Origin: an uncultured Erysipelotrichaceae bacterium
GTDB taxonomy: Bacteria > Bacillota_I > Bacilli_A > Erysipelotrichales > Erysipelotrichaceae
Assembly (NCBI GenBank): GCA_949744505.1
Contig: CATJXY010000018.1
Location: forward strand, 1,165-65,164
Direction: 5' to 3'
DNA: 64,000 nt
Positions within the stretch are counted from its first letter, which is position 1; the number at the start of each line of letters is the position of its first letter. Position numbers and translations under genes: made by a program. The notes beneath the pieces were generated by a model. It worked only from the letters and a program-made list of their open reading frames with translations. It was not told the DNA's origin and searched no databases. Shown here piece by piece: positions 28,759 through 38,855 of the stretch.

Positions 28759-29232
28759 ATGGAAAAATATCTACTTGAAAGTATCAACCTAATTGAGCCA
28801 AGAATTAAAGGATGTAACATTTATTTACAGCAAGGTAAAAAAATAACATCATTATTGAATCCCTATGAGTTTTTAAAGACAGGATTAAATTTGTATGGTC
28901 AGGATATTGAAAGTGGAAAAAGACACTATCGTGATATATCCGGTTTTGTTCAAAAAGCGATAATTCCTTTTCGCACTGAAAAAATAAATCTTTTTTTTCC
29001 AACACATGCTGATACAAATGAAGCATGTATTTTCATTCATTATCAATTTGTTAATAAAGTAATAATTAAAAATAAATCATCTTTGATTCTTTTTAAAGAT
29101 GGAACTTGTTTTGAAACGAAAACAGATATCCGAATTTTAAAAAAGCAGATGTTACGATGCAGAAAATATTTGGATTTAATAAAAGAAAGAGAAGAAAAAG
29201 CCTATACTATTTTAAAAATAGAAATGTTTTAA
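28759..29232 (+). CDS. ComK family competence regulator-like protein
   Basis: By eye it aligns to B. subtilis ComK: LYGQDIESGKR...KAIIPF...INLFFPTHADTNEACIFIHYQFV...LFKDG...LKKQMLR. Confidence 0.6.
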   Translation: MEKYLLESINLIEPRIKGCNIYLQQGKKITSLLNPYEFLKTGLNLYGQDIESGKRHYRDISGFVQKAIIPFRTEKINLFFPTHADTNEACIFIHYQFVNKVIIKNKSSLILFKDGTCFETKTDIRILKKQMLRCRKYLDLIKEREEKAYTILKIEMF

Positions 29233-29295
29233 TTATACGGCAAAATCGTGTCAAATGCCTCTTATTTTACATATAGTAAATTGGGAGGTATTTTT

Positions 29296-31005
29296 ATGAG
29301 TGAATTTAAGATGATAGTTGATTATTCTAGAAAAATTCGAGAAACAGATTTTAAATCATCAATTTCAAATGAAGAAAATATTGCTTGGTATGGAGCTGAA
29401 ACAAAGAGTATTCAAATCCATGGAGAATGTATGAATATTGCACTTATTGGAAATGCACTTGCAAAAAATGACGAGAATTGTGGACTTCGTAATTTAGATC
29501 TTATTCAAAAAATGATTGATTGTTATGGACAAGACTTTATTCACCATATCAAGGGAGCGTTCATCATTATTACACAGATTCGTGATAAAGTTTCTATATA
29601 TCGAGATCCATTAGGAATGAAGACAATTTATTATACAAGTACAGTTTCAGGTCCATGGTACTTTTCTACTTCTTTAGATTATTTAACCGCCCATGTGGGA
29701 GCCATAGTTGATCGTAATTCTATGATGGATTTATTTTCTTTAGCTCCTTCATGTAAAGAAGGAAATACATTCTTCAAAGGGATTCAGGAACTAAAAATGG
29801 GTTTTGTGCTTCATATCGATCGAAATAAAACAGTACAAGAATGTTATTATCGACCAAATAATGTGCATGAGAAGAAATCTTTTGAGGAAGTAAAAAAAGA
29901 TGTTAAAGAACTTCTAAACAAATCTATTGATAACAACATTGAAGAAGGGCATTGTGCTAGCTTTTTGTCGGGTGGAATAGATAGTAGTATTTTATGTGCA
30001 GTTGTGGCAACAAAAAGAGACGATTTATCCACATACTCTTTAGAATATGAAGGAAATTCGGATTACTTTAAAGGATATAGTTATCAGACAACACAAGATC
30101 ATGATTATATTGAAATGATGAAAGAAAAATATCATATGAATCATGAATGCTTTGTATGCAATCAAGAAGAGTTGGCCGAATTGCTTCTTCCTTCTATGTT
30201 GGCACATCAAGGACCGGGCATGGCAGATATTGATTCGGCTATGTTATGGCTTTGTAGAAAAGCGAAAAAGAAAGAAAATTGGATTTTATCCGGGGAATGT
30301 AGTGATGAATTCTTTGGTGGTTATCCATGGTTTTATCGAGAAGATTTAGTGGGAAAAGGAGGATTTGGATGGATCAAATCATTAAATGAACGTAATTATT
30401 GCCTTAATGAACGCATGAAGAAAATGGATTTTGAGGGATATTTAAATGATGTAGTACACGAGACTCTCTCAGAGGTCAATCTTGATCCATTTAGTACAAA
30501 AGAAGAGAATGAAATTAAGAAAATTACTCATATGACGGTTCATCAATTTATGCAGACTTTGGTTAAAAGACAAAACTCGATGTCAGAAGCAGCTGGGATT
30601 GAAGTACGAGTTCCTTTTGCAGACTTAGACTTGTTTGATTATTTATGGAATGTTCCATGGGATTATAAGTTCTATAACGGAAAAGAAAAGGGATTATTAA
30701 GAGAAGTTTACGAGGATTTATTGCCAAGTGAGGTAGCACAACGTAAGAAAAATCCCTTTCCAAAAACATATCATCCGAAATATACGGAACTTGTCAGAGA
30801 GAAGCTGTTGAAATCTATTCATGAAGAGAGTAGTGCATTAAAATACTTCTATGATATGGATAAGTTAAATCAATTGATTGAAGAAAGAGGTCAATCTATC
30901 CAAACACCTTGGTATGGGCAATTAATGATGGGACCACAATATTTGGCATATCTTTATCAAATAGATCAATGGTTTAAAATCAAAAATATAAAAATCGAAT
31001 TCTAA
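29296..31005 (+). CDS. asparagine synthetase (AsnB/AsnO) homolog lacking the N-terminal Cys nucleophile
   Basis: PP-loop SFLSGGIDSS and a full-length two-domain architecture. The N-terminus is MSEFKM..., not MCG. The upstream GTG extension contains no Cys either. Confidence 0.8.
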   Translation: MSEFKMIVDYSRKIRETDFKSSISNEENIAWYGAETKSIQIHGECMNIALIGNALAKNDENCGLRNLDLIQKMIDCYGQDFIHHIKGAFIIITQIRDKVSIYRDPLGMKTIYYTSTVSGPWYFSTSLDYLTAHVGAIVDRNSMMDLFSLAPSCKEGNTFFKGIQELKMGFVLHIDRNKTVQECYYRPNNVHEKKSFEEVKKDVKELLNKSIDNNIEEGHCASFLSGGIDSSILCAVVATKRDDLSTYSLEYEGNSDYFKGYSYQTTQDHDYIEMMKEKYHMNHECFVCNQEELAELLLPSMLAHQGPGMADIDSAMLWLCRKAKKKENWILSGECSDEFFGGYPWFYREDLVGKGGFGWIKSLNERNYCLNERMKKMDFEGYLNDVVHETLSEVNLDPFSTKEENEIKKITHMTVHQFMQTLVKRQNSMSEAAGIEVRVPFADLDLFDYLWNVPWDYKFYNGKEKGLLREVYEDLLPSEVAQRKKNPFPKTYHPKYTELVREKLLKSIHEESSALKYFYDMDKLNQLIEERGQSIQTPWYGQLMMGPQYLAYLYQIDQWFKIKNIKIEF

Positions 31006-31031
31006 ATACTGCAGAAATGCAGTATTTTTTT
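31005..31031 (+). terminator. intrinsic terminator
   Basis: Stem AATACTGCA/TGCAGTATT followed by TTTTT. Confidence 0.8.
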
Positions 31032-31106
31032 AAAATAAGAATGAATATAAGACACAAAAATGAAAATGTGATACAATTTATTTAAGGAATGTAAAAGGAA
31101 AATAAT

Positions 31107-32378
31107 ATGAAAAGAAATGAAATACTAGATAAGCTTAATCAAGGTGAATTTGATGAAAAATTATTAATGTTATGTTGTGAAAAAAATCGATTGGAAATTG
31201 AAAAGACAAGATTAATGAATTTGCTTAAAGAGTTTGAAACGGTCGATCAAGAGAGAGAAATTTATTGTTTCAGTGCACCGGGAAGAAGTGAGATTATCGG
31301 AAATCATACGGATCATCAGTTGGGAAAAGTAATTACCGCAGGAATCAATCGTGATGCACTTGCAGTAGTTTCACTTAATGATGAGCCGATTATTCGTATT
31401 CAATCTAAAGGATTTAACTCTTTTTCTTTAGATTTGAATGATTTGACTGTAAAGAATGATCGTTCTTCCGAAAGCTTGGTACAAGGAATTGTTTGTGAAT
31501 TTAAGAAGAGAAATTACTCAGTTGGAGGGTTTAATGCATTAATTGACAGTGAAGTTCCGGTTGGATCGGGGTGTTCTAGTTCGGCTTGTTTTGAAGTATT
31601 AATGGGGACAATTTTGTCTAGCTTATTTAATGAAGGAAAAGTAAGTGCTATAGAAATTGCGCAGATTGCACAAATTGCAGAGAATGATTATTTTAATAAA
31701 CCGAGTGGTTTGATGGATCAGCTTGCGTGTAGTTTGGGAGGATTAGTTGAATTAGATTTCAAGGAAAAAGGAAACCCACTTGTCAAGGAATTGCCATCTA
31801 AGTTTATTTCAAATGCGTTTTCATTAGTTCTTGTGGATACGAAAGCTTCACATCAAGATCTCACTGACGATTACAGTGGTGTCGTATCGGAAATACAATC
31901 TGTATGTCAATTTTTTAAAAAAGAAGTGCTTCGACAAGTTGATGAAGATGTTTTTTATTCCTCAATTGCTCAATTGAGAAAAGAAACAAGCGATCGAGCT
32001 GTATTACGAGCAGTCCATGTTTTCAATGAAAATAAAAGAGTTACGGAATGTGAAAACGCATTACTAAATCATGATATAAAATTGTTTCTTAAAATTATTA
32101 AAGAATCAGGGCATAGTTCTTTTGAATATCTTCAAAATGTTTATTCTGTAAGTCGCTTTGATGAACAGGCATGTGCTTTGGCTTTAGCCATGGCATCTCA
32201 CGTTTTAAAAGACAGTGGAGCTTATCGTATTCATGGCGGAGGATTTGCCGGAACAATTTTAGCTTTTGTACCATCTGATTTATTGGATGAATTCAAGAAA
32301 TTGATGGAATCAATATTCGGAAAGGATTGTTTGATGGTGTGTAAGATTCGAAAAGATGGAGGCATTCGGATTATTTAG
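31107..32378 (+). CDS. galK: galactokinase-family GHMP kinase
   Basis: Galactokinase signature APGRSEIIGNHTDHQLG and the GHMP motif PVGSGCSSSA. No galT or galE is adjacent. Confidence 0.75.
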   Translation: MKRNEILDKLNQGEFDEKLLMLCCEKNRLEIEKTRLMNLLKEFETVDQEREIYCFSAPGRSEIIGNHTDHQLGKVITAGINRDALAVVSLNDEPIIRIQSKGFNSFSLDLNDLTVKNDRSSESLVQGIVCEFKKRNYSVGGFNALIDSEVPVGSGCSSSACFEVLMGTILSSLFNEGKVSAIEIAQIAQIAENDYFNKPSGLMDQLACSLGGLVELDFKEKGNPLVKELPSKFISNAFSLVLVDTKASHQDLTDDYSGVVSEIQSVCQFFKKEVLRQVDEDVFYSSIAQLRKETSDRAVLRAVHVFNENKRVTECENALLNHDIKLFLKIIKESGHSSFEYLQNVYSVSRFDEQACALALAMASHVLKDSGAYRIHGGGFAGTILAFVPSDLLDEFKKLMESIFGKDCLMVCKIRKDGGIRII

Positions 32379-32467
32379 AATAAAAATGATTTTTGGATAA
32401 TAGACAGTGTATTGAAAATAATTTGAATGTGGAATAGAATAGATTATTGAATAGGAAAGGAGATTCT

Positions 32468-33862
32468 ATGTTAACAAAAGAATGTGCATATAGACTACTT
32501 CAAAAAGCGATTTCTACAGGTGGAGATTTTGCAGAAATCTATGCTGAAAGAAAGTTTACAAGTAGTTATGAATGTTTAAATGGTAAGCTTGAGAAAGCGA
32601 ACAGTGGTGAGACGGTTGGTGTTGGGGTACGTATTTATCAAGGATTAAAAAGTGTTTATTGTAGCAGCAATGAATTGGATGAAGAAAGCTTGATGGAAAT
32701 GGTTGGAAATCTTTCGAAGTCTATTAGCAGTGATGAGAGAATAGAAGTGAAAGAATTTCATGAAGAATTGATTGAAACAAAACATCCAATTTTAAAGCCA
32801 TTAAAACAAGTTGCAGTAAAAGATAAGATTGCACTTTTGAAACGTGCTGATAAAGCGATGAGAGAATACGATGATTGTATTAAAACCGTACAAAATCGTT
32901 ATTCAGACGAAGTTCAGGATGTTACAATTTATAATACGGATGGAAAAATGGTAAAAGATCATCGTGAAAGAACACGTTTGTACTTAATGGCAGTTGCTCA
33001 AGAAGGAGAACTTCGTCAGGATGCCGGAAGAAACCCGGGAGCACATCAAGGATTTGAGTTTTATGATGATATGAATATTGAGGAACTAGCTCGAGAAACT
33101 TGTGAAAGTGCTATTACAATGCTTCATGCAAAGGATTGTCCAAGTGGAGAAATGACCGTAGTTATTGATAATGGGTTTGGTGGTGTTATTTTCCATGAAG
33201 CATGTGGCCATTCATTAGAAGCAACAAGTGTTGCGAAAGGAAATTCTGTTTTCTGTGGCAAATTAGGAGAAAAAATTGCCAGTGATTGTGTTACGGCGGT
33301 GGATGATGGAACGATTGTAAACGGATGGGGAAGTGGAAATGTTGATGATGAAGGAAATCCGTGTAAACGAAATGTATTGATTGAAAATGGTATTTTAAAA
33401 TCTTATATGGTAGATCGTTTAAATGCCAGAAGAATGAATTGTGAACCGACAGGAAGTGCCAGACGACAGGACTATACATTCGAGCCGACATCACGTATGA
33501 CAAATACTTTTTTAGTCAATGGAAAGAATACATTTGAAGAGATTATTCAATCAACGAAAAAAGGACTTTATGCAAAACAACTTGGTGGGGGATCGGTGAA
33601 TCCTTCAACCGGTGAGTTTAATTTTAGTTGTCGTGAGGCGTATTTGATTGAGAATGGAAAAATTACAGAACCTGTTAAGGGAGCCACTTTGATTGGTAAT
33701 GGAGCAGATACTCTGTTAAAAATTGATATGGTTGCGAATAACTTGTTGAGAGCACAAGGAATGTGTGGTAGTTCTAGTGGTTCAATTCCCGCTGATGTAG
33801 GACAGCCGACAATTCGTGTCAGCAGCATGACCGTTGGGGGAAAAGGAGGAAAACTCGAATGA
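32468..33862 (+). CDS. tldD: metalloprotease TldD
   Basis: HEACGHSLE metal site and the TldD/PmbA fold pattern. It is paired with a PmbA-like gene. I chose the ATG at 32468 after AAAGGAG. Confidence 0.88.
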   Translation: MLTKECAYRLLQKAISTGGDFAEIYAERKFTSSYECLNGKLEKANSGETVGVGVRIYQGLKSVYCSSNELDEESLMEMVGNLSKSISSDERIEVKEFHEELIETKHPILKPLKQVAVKDKIALLKRADKAMREYDDCIKTVQNRYSDEVQDVTIYNTDGKMVKDHRERTRLYLMAVAQEGELRQDAGRNPGAHQGFEFYDDMNIEELARETCESAITMLHAKDCPSGEMTVVIDNGFGGVIFHEACGHSLEATSVAKGNSVFCGKLGEKIASDCVTAVDDGTIVNGWGSGNVDDEGNPCKRNVLIENGILKSYMVDRLNARRMNCEPTGSARRQDYTFEPTSRMTNTFLVNGKNTFEEIIQSTKKGLYAKQLGGGSVNPSTGEFNFSCREAYLIENGKITEPVKGATLIGNGADTLLKIDMVANNLLRAQGMCGSSSGSIPADVGQPTIRVSSMTVGGKGGKLE

Positions 33863-35187
33863 ATTTAAATAAGCTTTTAGAAATAGCAAAAAGGGAAGGT
33901 GCGACTGAAGCGGAAGTATATTATTCTTCATCTAAAATGACTTCTTTTGAGATTTATGAGCAAGATATGGATAGTTATAGTTCCTCGATAAATCATGGTT
34001 ATAGTATACGTGCTTTATTTGGTGGTAAATGTGGTATTTCATATAGCGAAGATCTTTCAAATGAAGCATTTGAGGCATGTGTGCAAAGATGTAAAGAAAA
34101 TGCATCCATTAATGAGAGTGAAGATATTGTTGAATTCGCAAAACCTCAGCCGGTTCATGAAGTTCAAACTTATCATCCTGAATTAAATGAAATTGATCTG
34201 GATGAAATGAAGCAACTTATGATGGATATTGAACGGGAAGTTAAAGAAAGAGATTCACGTATCATTTCCGTTTCTAATTGCTCTTTTGAAATGAGCGAAA
34301 ATGAATGTATCATCAAAAATACTTTGGGAGTAGATCTAAAAAGACGGATAAATTTTGTTGTTGCAGTTGTCGGATGTGAGGCCAAAGATGAAAATGGTGT
34401 AGTTTCAGCATTTAAGATTGAAGTTTGTTTTGATTTAGCTAAGTTAAATAAAGAAAAGTTTGTTAATGAAGTGACTGAAGAGGTGATTTCAAAACTTTCA
34501 CCGAAACGCTTGATTTCCGGGCAATATCCGGTTATTTTGAAAAATAAAGTTTCTTCTTCTTTATTAGGATCTTTGTCGGGAATGTTTAATGCTGAAAATA
34601 TTCAAAAAGATCTATCTGTCTTGAAAGGGAAAAAAGGACAAAAAGTTTTTGCTGATAACATTACAGTGATTGATGATCCGCTTTTGAAAGACGGATATAG
34701 TTCATTTGGATTTGATGATGAAGGAACTCCGTGTCAGACAAAAGTACTTGTTGAAAAGGGTATTTTTAAACAAGCGCTTTATAGTAGAACTTCTGCGTTG
34801 AAAGACGGAGTAAATTCTACAGGAAACGGATTTAAATCCTCTTATATTTCGAATATTTCCATTCATCCTACCAACTTATATATTCAACCTCAAGATACAG
34901 GTTATGATGAGATGGTAGAAGGAATGAGTAAAGGTTTGATTATCACAGAAATTAGTGGCCTTCATGCAGGATTGAATCCTCTTACAACTGATTTTTCTTT
35001 ATTGGCTTCCGGGTATTTTGTAAAAGATGGGAAGATTGAGTATCCGGTAAATTTAATTACGATTGCAGCAAATTATATGGAGATGATGAATCAGATTGAA
35101 GCAGTAGGTAACGATTTGGAATTTTCGTATAATGGAATCGGTTCTCCATCATTAAAACTTAGCAATATTGCTGTATCCGGCGAATAA
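33859..35187 (+). CDS. pmbA: TldE/PmbA family protein
   Basis: 442-aa paralog of the preceding gene that lacks the HExxxH site. Its start overlaps the tldD stop. Confidence 0.85.
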   Translation: MNLNKLLEIAKREGATEAEVYYSSSKMTSFEIYEQDMDSYSSSINHGYSIRALFGGKCGISYSEDLSNEAFEACVQRCKENASINESEDIVEFAKPQPVHEVQTYHPELNEIDLDEMKQLMMDIEREVKERDSRIISVSNCSFEMSENECIIKNTLGVDLKRRINFVVAVVGCEAKDENGVVSAFKIEVCFDLAKLNKEKFVNEVTEEVISKLSPKRLISGQYPVILKNKVSSSLLGSLSGMFNAENIQKDLSVLKGKKGQKVFADNITVIDDPLLKDGYSSFGFDDEGTPCQTKVLVEKGIFKQALYSRTSALKDGVNSTGNGFKSSYISNISIHPTNLYIQPQDTGYDEMVEGMSKGLIITEISGLHAGLNPLTTDFSLLASGYFVKDGKIEYPVNLITIAANYMEMMNQIEAVGNDLEFSYNGIGSPSLKLSNIAVSGE

Positions 35188-35199
35188 AATAATAGTAAA

Positions 35200-35244
35200 G
35201 GAACCCTGTAGAGTTTATTATTCTCTATAGGGTTCTGTATTTTC
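35200..35244 (+). terminator. intrinsic terminator after pmbA
   Basis: 13-bp stem GAACCCTGTAGAG/CTCTATAGGGTTC (one G-U pair) followed by TGTATTTT. Confidence 0.7.
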
Positions 35245-35397
35245 CTCTTCTTTTTTACATATAATGGGTAAAAAAGAAGATATAGAGTGTGCTTTTTTGT
35301 TTATTTCATAAAAAGTTTAAGCTTTATAAGCAATTTTATGGTAAAATGTGTAGTATAGTTATGATGATATCTTCATTACTAAAAGAGGTAGTTAGCA

Positions 35398-36051
35398 ATG
35401 AGAATGAGAAAAAAGCAATGGGCAGAACCGTTTTTAAAAGAACATAGAGAAATTGTTATAGAAAATCCAAATGAAATGAAGGGGCAATGGAGACATAAAT
35501 TAAATTGCGAGAGTTTACATGTTGAAATTGGTAGCGGTAAAGGTGACTATTGGTGTAAAATGGCTGATATATTCGAACAAGACGGCTGGATTGGGATTGA
35601 AAAAAATCGAAGTGTAGCCGCTGTCGCTGTTAAAAAAGCAGTTTCTTTGGAAAATAAAAATATGTTATTTATTGCATTGGATGCACAGAATATTGATCAA
35701 TGGTTTGATGAGGAAGAGGTTAATGTACTTCATTTGAACTTTTCTGATCCGTGGCCAAAAAAAGGAAATCATAAAAGAAGACTTTCGCATAGTAATTTTC
35801 TTAAGAAATATGAAAAGATACTCAGTAAAGATGGTACAATTGTTATGAAAACAGATAATAAAGATTTATTTGAGTTTTCTTTAGTAGAATTTTCGAAAAA
35901 CAATTGGTTTATGCAAGATATAAGCGTGGATTTTAGAAGAAATATTCATGATGAAGATGCAATTAGTGAATATGAGGCTAAATTTATGGCTCTGAATCAA
36001 CCGATATATCGTGTTATTTTTTCTAAAAAACAACTGGAGGTGAGGGAATGA
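35398..36051 (+). CDS. trmB: tRNA (guanine46-N7)-methyltransferase
   Basis: MRMRKKQWA start, EIGSGKG SAM motif, and NFSDPWPKK. Confidence 0.9.
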   Translation: MRMRKKQWAEPFLKEHREIVIENPNEMKGQWRHKLNCESLHVEIGSGKGDYWCKMADIFEQDGWIGIEKNRSVAAVAVKKAVSLENKNMLFIALDAQNIDQWFDEEEVNVLHLNFSDPWPKKGNHKRRLSHSNFLKKYEKILSKDGTIVMKTDNKDLFEFSLVEFSKNNWFMQDISVDFRRNIHDEDAISEYEAKFMALNQPIYRVIFSKKQLEVRE

Positions 36052-36809
36052 AAAAAATCAAGTTCATCTGTCTTATATTCATTGTAATTCTTTTAAGCGG
36101 ATGCACTTTTGATGAAACAATGTCAGTGATGATGGACGAGGTATTGCAAAAAGCATCAAATACCGAAATAGCTACAACAAAAAGTCATGTAAAACAGTAT
36201 TATAGCTATTATATTCAACCCTCTATTGGGCGAAGAGAATCGACTGAAATAAGTAATGTTTTTGTGTTAAATGATGATGAATTTGTGATGAACTTAAATG
36301 TTTCATCCGTTATCAAGAATGAGTACTATCTGGATGCAGATACAAAAATACTTCCTGTTTACAGTCGTTCCAAAAAACTTGTGTATGAATCAACAGGGCA
36401 ATGTTTGAATTCATCTGAGAATATGATGGATTATTCAGTATCCGTTTATGATTTATCTAGGAACAGTTATTTGATTGTCTTAGAATCGAATTATTTTACT
36501 TTTTTGTCACGCTGTCCCTTAGGATCGATTGTACAATTGACTGAGCAGATGTTGCTTATTGCACGAACGACTGAAATAGAAGTAGATTCTATCTTAAGAG
36601 ATTTTGGTGTTCAAAATGATGAAACATATGAAAAACAGAAAGTAGAAATTATTAAAGAAATGATTCCAGAGAGTGGGTTGGTAGAAGATATTATACCTGG
36701 ATCTTCTAAGGATGACTCTCAAACAGAAGAAAGCAGTGAAGAAGAAATTCAGATTCCTATCAGTGAAGTAACACAAATTAGTGAGATTACTGAAAGCGAG
36801 ATTGAATAA
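36048..36809 (+). CDS. lipoprotein, unknown function
   Basis: Signal peptide plus lipobox ILLSGC, and an acidic Ser/Glu-rich C-terminus. Its start overlaps the trmB stop. Confidence 0.65.
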   Translation: MKKIKFICLIFIVILLSGCTFDETMSVMMDEVLQKASNTEIATTKSHVKQYYSYYIQPSIGRRESTEISNVFVLNDDEFVMNLNVSSVIKNEYYLDADTKILPVYSRSKKLVYESTGQCLNSSENMMDYSVSVYDLSRNSYLIVLESNYFTFLSRCPLGSIVQLTEQMLLIARTTEIEVDSILRDFGVQNDETYEKQKVEIIKEMIPESGLVEDIIPGSSKDDSQTEESSEEEIQIPISEVTQISEITESEIE

Positions 36810-36821
36810 GGAGGAAAAATT

Positions 36822-37478
36822 ATGATAAAGAAAATTATGTCATTTATCTTCGAAGAAGAAACCATTGAAGATCCAAAAGAAGAAGTAAAAGAAAAACCAG
36901 TAGAAATCAAAGAAACAAAAGTGGTAGAAAAACGAGAAGCCAGAGTGCTAGATGACGGAAAAGAGAAAACATCTGTTGTAAATACAGCGCCCGTATCTGA
37001 AAAAAAAGATCAGAGTATGCTTAATAAGATGAAGGTTGAACCAATTCCGTCAAATAATACAAAAGTAAAGAAAACTACTCCTGTTACAAATAAACCAGAT
37101 TATGAATTCAATCCTGTCATTTCACCTATATATGGGGTTACAGATGAGAAAAAAGTGCAGACACCATCTCATACACAGAAAAAAACATATACTTCTTCAT
37201 CCACACCGACAGGGATTGTTTTAAGTCCGATAAATGGTAATTTGAAAGAAGAGAAAGTAGAAGAAGTTAAGAGTAAAGTTGAAAAAACATTTGAGGATAT
37301 TCAAGATGATTCAATCAAGGATGATCCGATTGTAAATATTCCGCTTTCAAATATGCTAGAAACGGATACAGTTGATTCGAGTGAAGAAATTGTTTCCGTA
37401 ACGGAAGTTAAAGATCTTCAGGGAGATAAAAAAGTATTATTATCAAAGAATTTAAGCTTATTTGATGATGAAGAATAA
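36822..37478 (+). CDS. hypothetical Lys/Glu/Pro-rich, probably disordered protein
   Basis: 218-aa ORF with an SD (AAGGAGGA) upstream. It is low-complexity and lies directly upstream of murC. Confidence 0.55.
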   Translation: MIKKIMSFIFEEETIEDPKEEVKEKPVEIKETKVVEKREARVLDDGKEKTSVVNTAPVSEKKDQSMLNKMKVEPIPSNNTKVKKTTPVTNKPDYEFNPVISPIYGVTDEKKVQTPSHTQKKTYTSSSTPTGIVLSPINGNLKEEKVEEVKSKVEKTFEDIQDDSIKDDPIVNIPLSNMLETDTVDSSEEIVSVTEVKDLQGDKKVLLSKNLSLFDDEE

Positions 37479-38798
37479 GTGAGGAGGAACATCGTGATTT
37501 ATTTTATTGGAATCAAAGGAACCGGAATGAGTGCTTTAGCATGTATTCTTCATGATTTAGGATATGAAGTAATGGGCTCTGATTTAGAAAAACATTTTTT
37601 TACGGAAGAGGTTTTGATAGAAAGAAAAATAAAAATCCTTCCTTTTGATGCTCATCAAATTCCGAATCATTCAACTGTTATTATAGGAAATGCTTTCTTA
37701 GAGGATTTTCCTGAGGTTATTGAAGCCAGAAATAATACGACGGTGAAGTGTTTTCGTTATCATGAATTTTTAGGAGAATTCATGAAAAATTATACTTCAT
37801 TTGCTGTGGCGGGAAGTCATGGTAAGACAACGACAACAACACTCTTATCTGATATGATGAAATCTTATGAACCGACCGGCTACTTGATTGGCGATGGAAC
37901 AGGGCATATTGAAAAAGGTGCACATAATCTTGTGATTGAAGCATGTGAATATAGGCGTCATTTTCTTGCATATCATCCTGATTATGCAATTATTACTAAT
38001 GTAGAAATTGATCATGTTGATTATTATAAAAGTGATGAAGATTACAGTTTGGCTTATGAGGAATTTGCAAGACAAGTTACTAAAATGATCTTTTTATGTG
38101 GTGATGATGAGAAATGCCGAGCCTTGAAAATTGATAAACCTCATTTGTTTTATGGGGTAAAAGAAAGCAACGATGTACAAGCTATTAACATAAACGAAAA
38201 TCAAAATGGTATGAGTTTTGATGTCTTGTTTAATAAGCGAAATGTTGGACATTTTGAACTTCCATTTGTCGGACATCATTTGTTACTAAATTCACTTGCG
38301 GTAATTGCTGTAGGATTAAATAGAGGCTTGACTGCAATTCAAATAGAGGAAGGTCTTTCTCATTATTCAGGTGCAAAAAGACGTTTTGTGATTGAAGAAT
38401 TTAAAGAAAATATTTTTATTGATGATTATGCACATCATCCGACAGAGGTTAGAGTAACAATTGAAGCAGCTAAAATAAAATATCCAAATCATAAACTTAT
38501 TGCGATATTTAAACCTCATCGAGTTTCCAGAGTATATTATTTTGCCGATGAATTTGCTCAGGCACTTTCGTTAGCGGATGAAGTCTTTTTATGTGATTTT
38601 ACAAGTATTGATGATAAAGAAGAGGGCATTGACATTGATATTCGCTATCTTCAACAGAGAATATCGGGGTCGCGAATTTTAGAAGAGAATGAGATAGGTG
38701 CAAAAGAACTTGCAAAAGAAGCCCCGGCAGTTTATTTGTTTATGTCGAGTAAAGATATTTATGGATTGAGTGCGTTAGTTAAGCGTTACCAAAAATAA
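37479..38798 (+). CDS. murC: UDP-N-acetylmuramate--L-alanine ligase
   Basis: FIGIKGTGMSALA, the Mur ligase P-loop AVAGSHGKTTTT, and DDYAHHP. Confidence 0.94.
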   Translation: MRRNIVIYFIGIKGTGMSALACILHDLGYEVMGSDLEKHFFTEEVLIERKIKILPFDAHQIPNHSTVIIGNAFLEDFPEVIEARNNTTVKCFRYHEFLGEFMKNYTSFAVAGSHGKTTTTTLLSDMMKSYEPTGYLIGDGTGHIEKGAHNLVIEACEYRRHFLAYHPDYAIITNVEIDHVDYYKSDEDYSLAYEEFARQVTKMIFLCGDDEKCRALKIDKPHLFYGVKESNDVQAININENQNGMSFDVLFNKRNVGHFELPFVGHHLLLNSLAVIAVGLNRGLTAIQIEEGLSHYSGAKRRFVIEEFKENIFIDDYAHHPTEVRVTIEAAKIKYPNHKLIAIFKPHRVSRVYYFADEFAQALSLADEVFLCDFTSIDDKEEGIDIDIRYLQQRISGSRILEENEIGAKELAKEAPAVYLFMSSKDIYGLSALVKRYQK

Positions 38799-38855
38799 AT
38801 GAAAATTGTTTCAATATTCAAATTTTCATGGTAAAATAGAATCGAGGTGATAAAT

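Noticed and set aside
28759-31005. A lasso-peptide-type cluster, with the nucleophile-less Asn-synthetase homolog acting as cyclase.
   Set aside because: No transglutaminase-like B protease, PqqD-like RRE, precursor peptide ORF or ABC exporter is adjacent. The upstream gene looks like ComK, not a B2 protease.
31006-31106. CcpA cre sites upstream of galK, and similarly upstream of rbsK and the nucleoside hydrolase.
   Set aside because: The best candidate (TGAAAATGTGATAC) misses the central CG and the 3' half of the cre consensus. Nothing convincing could be seen by eye.
35246-35280. An AT-rich hairpin with an 11-bp stem (TCTTCTTTTTT / AAAAAAGAAGA) in the pmbA-trmB intergenic region, considered as a possible sRNA or terminator.
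   Set aside because: The stem is almost pure A/T. No U-run follows on either strand and no promoter is evident. It is probably fortuitous in AT-rich spacer DNA.
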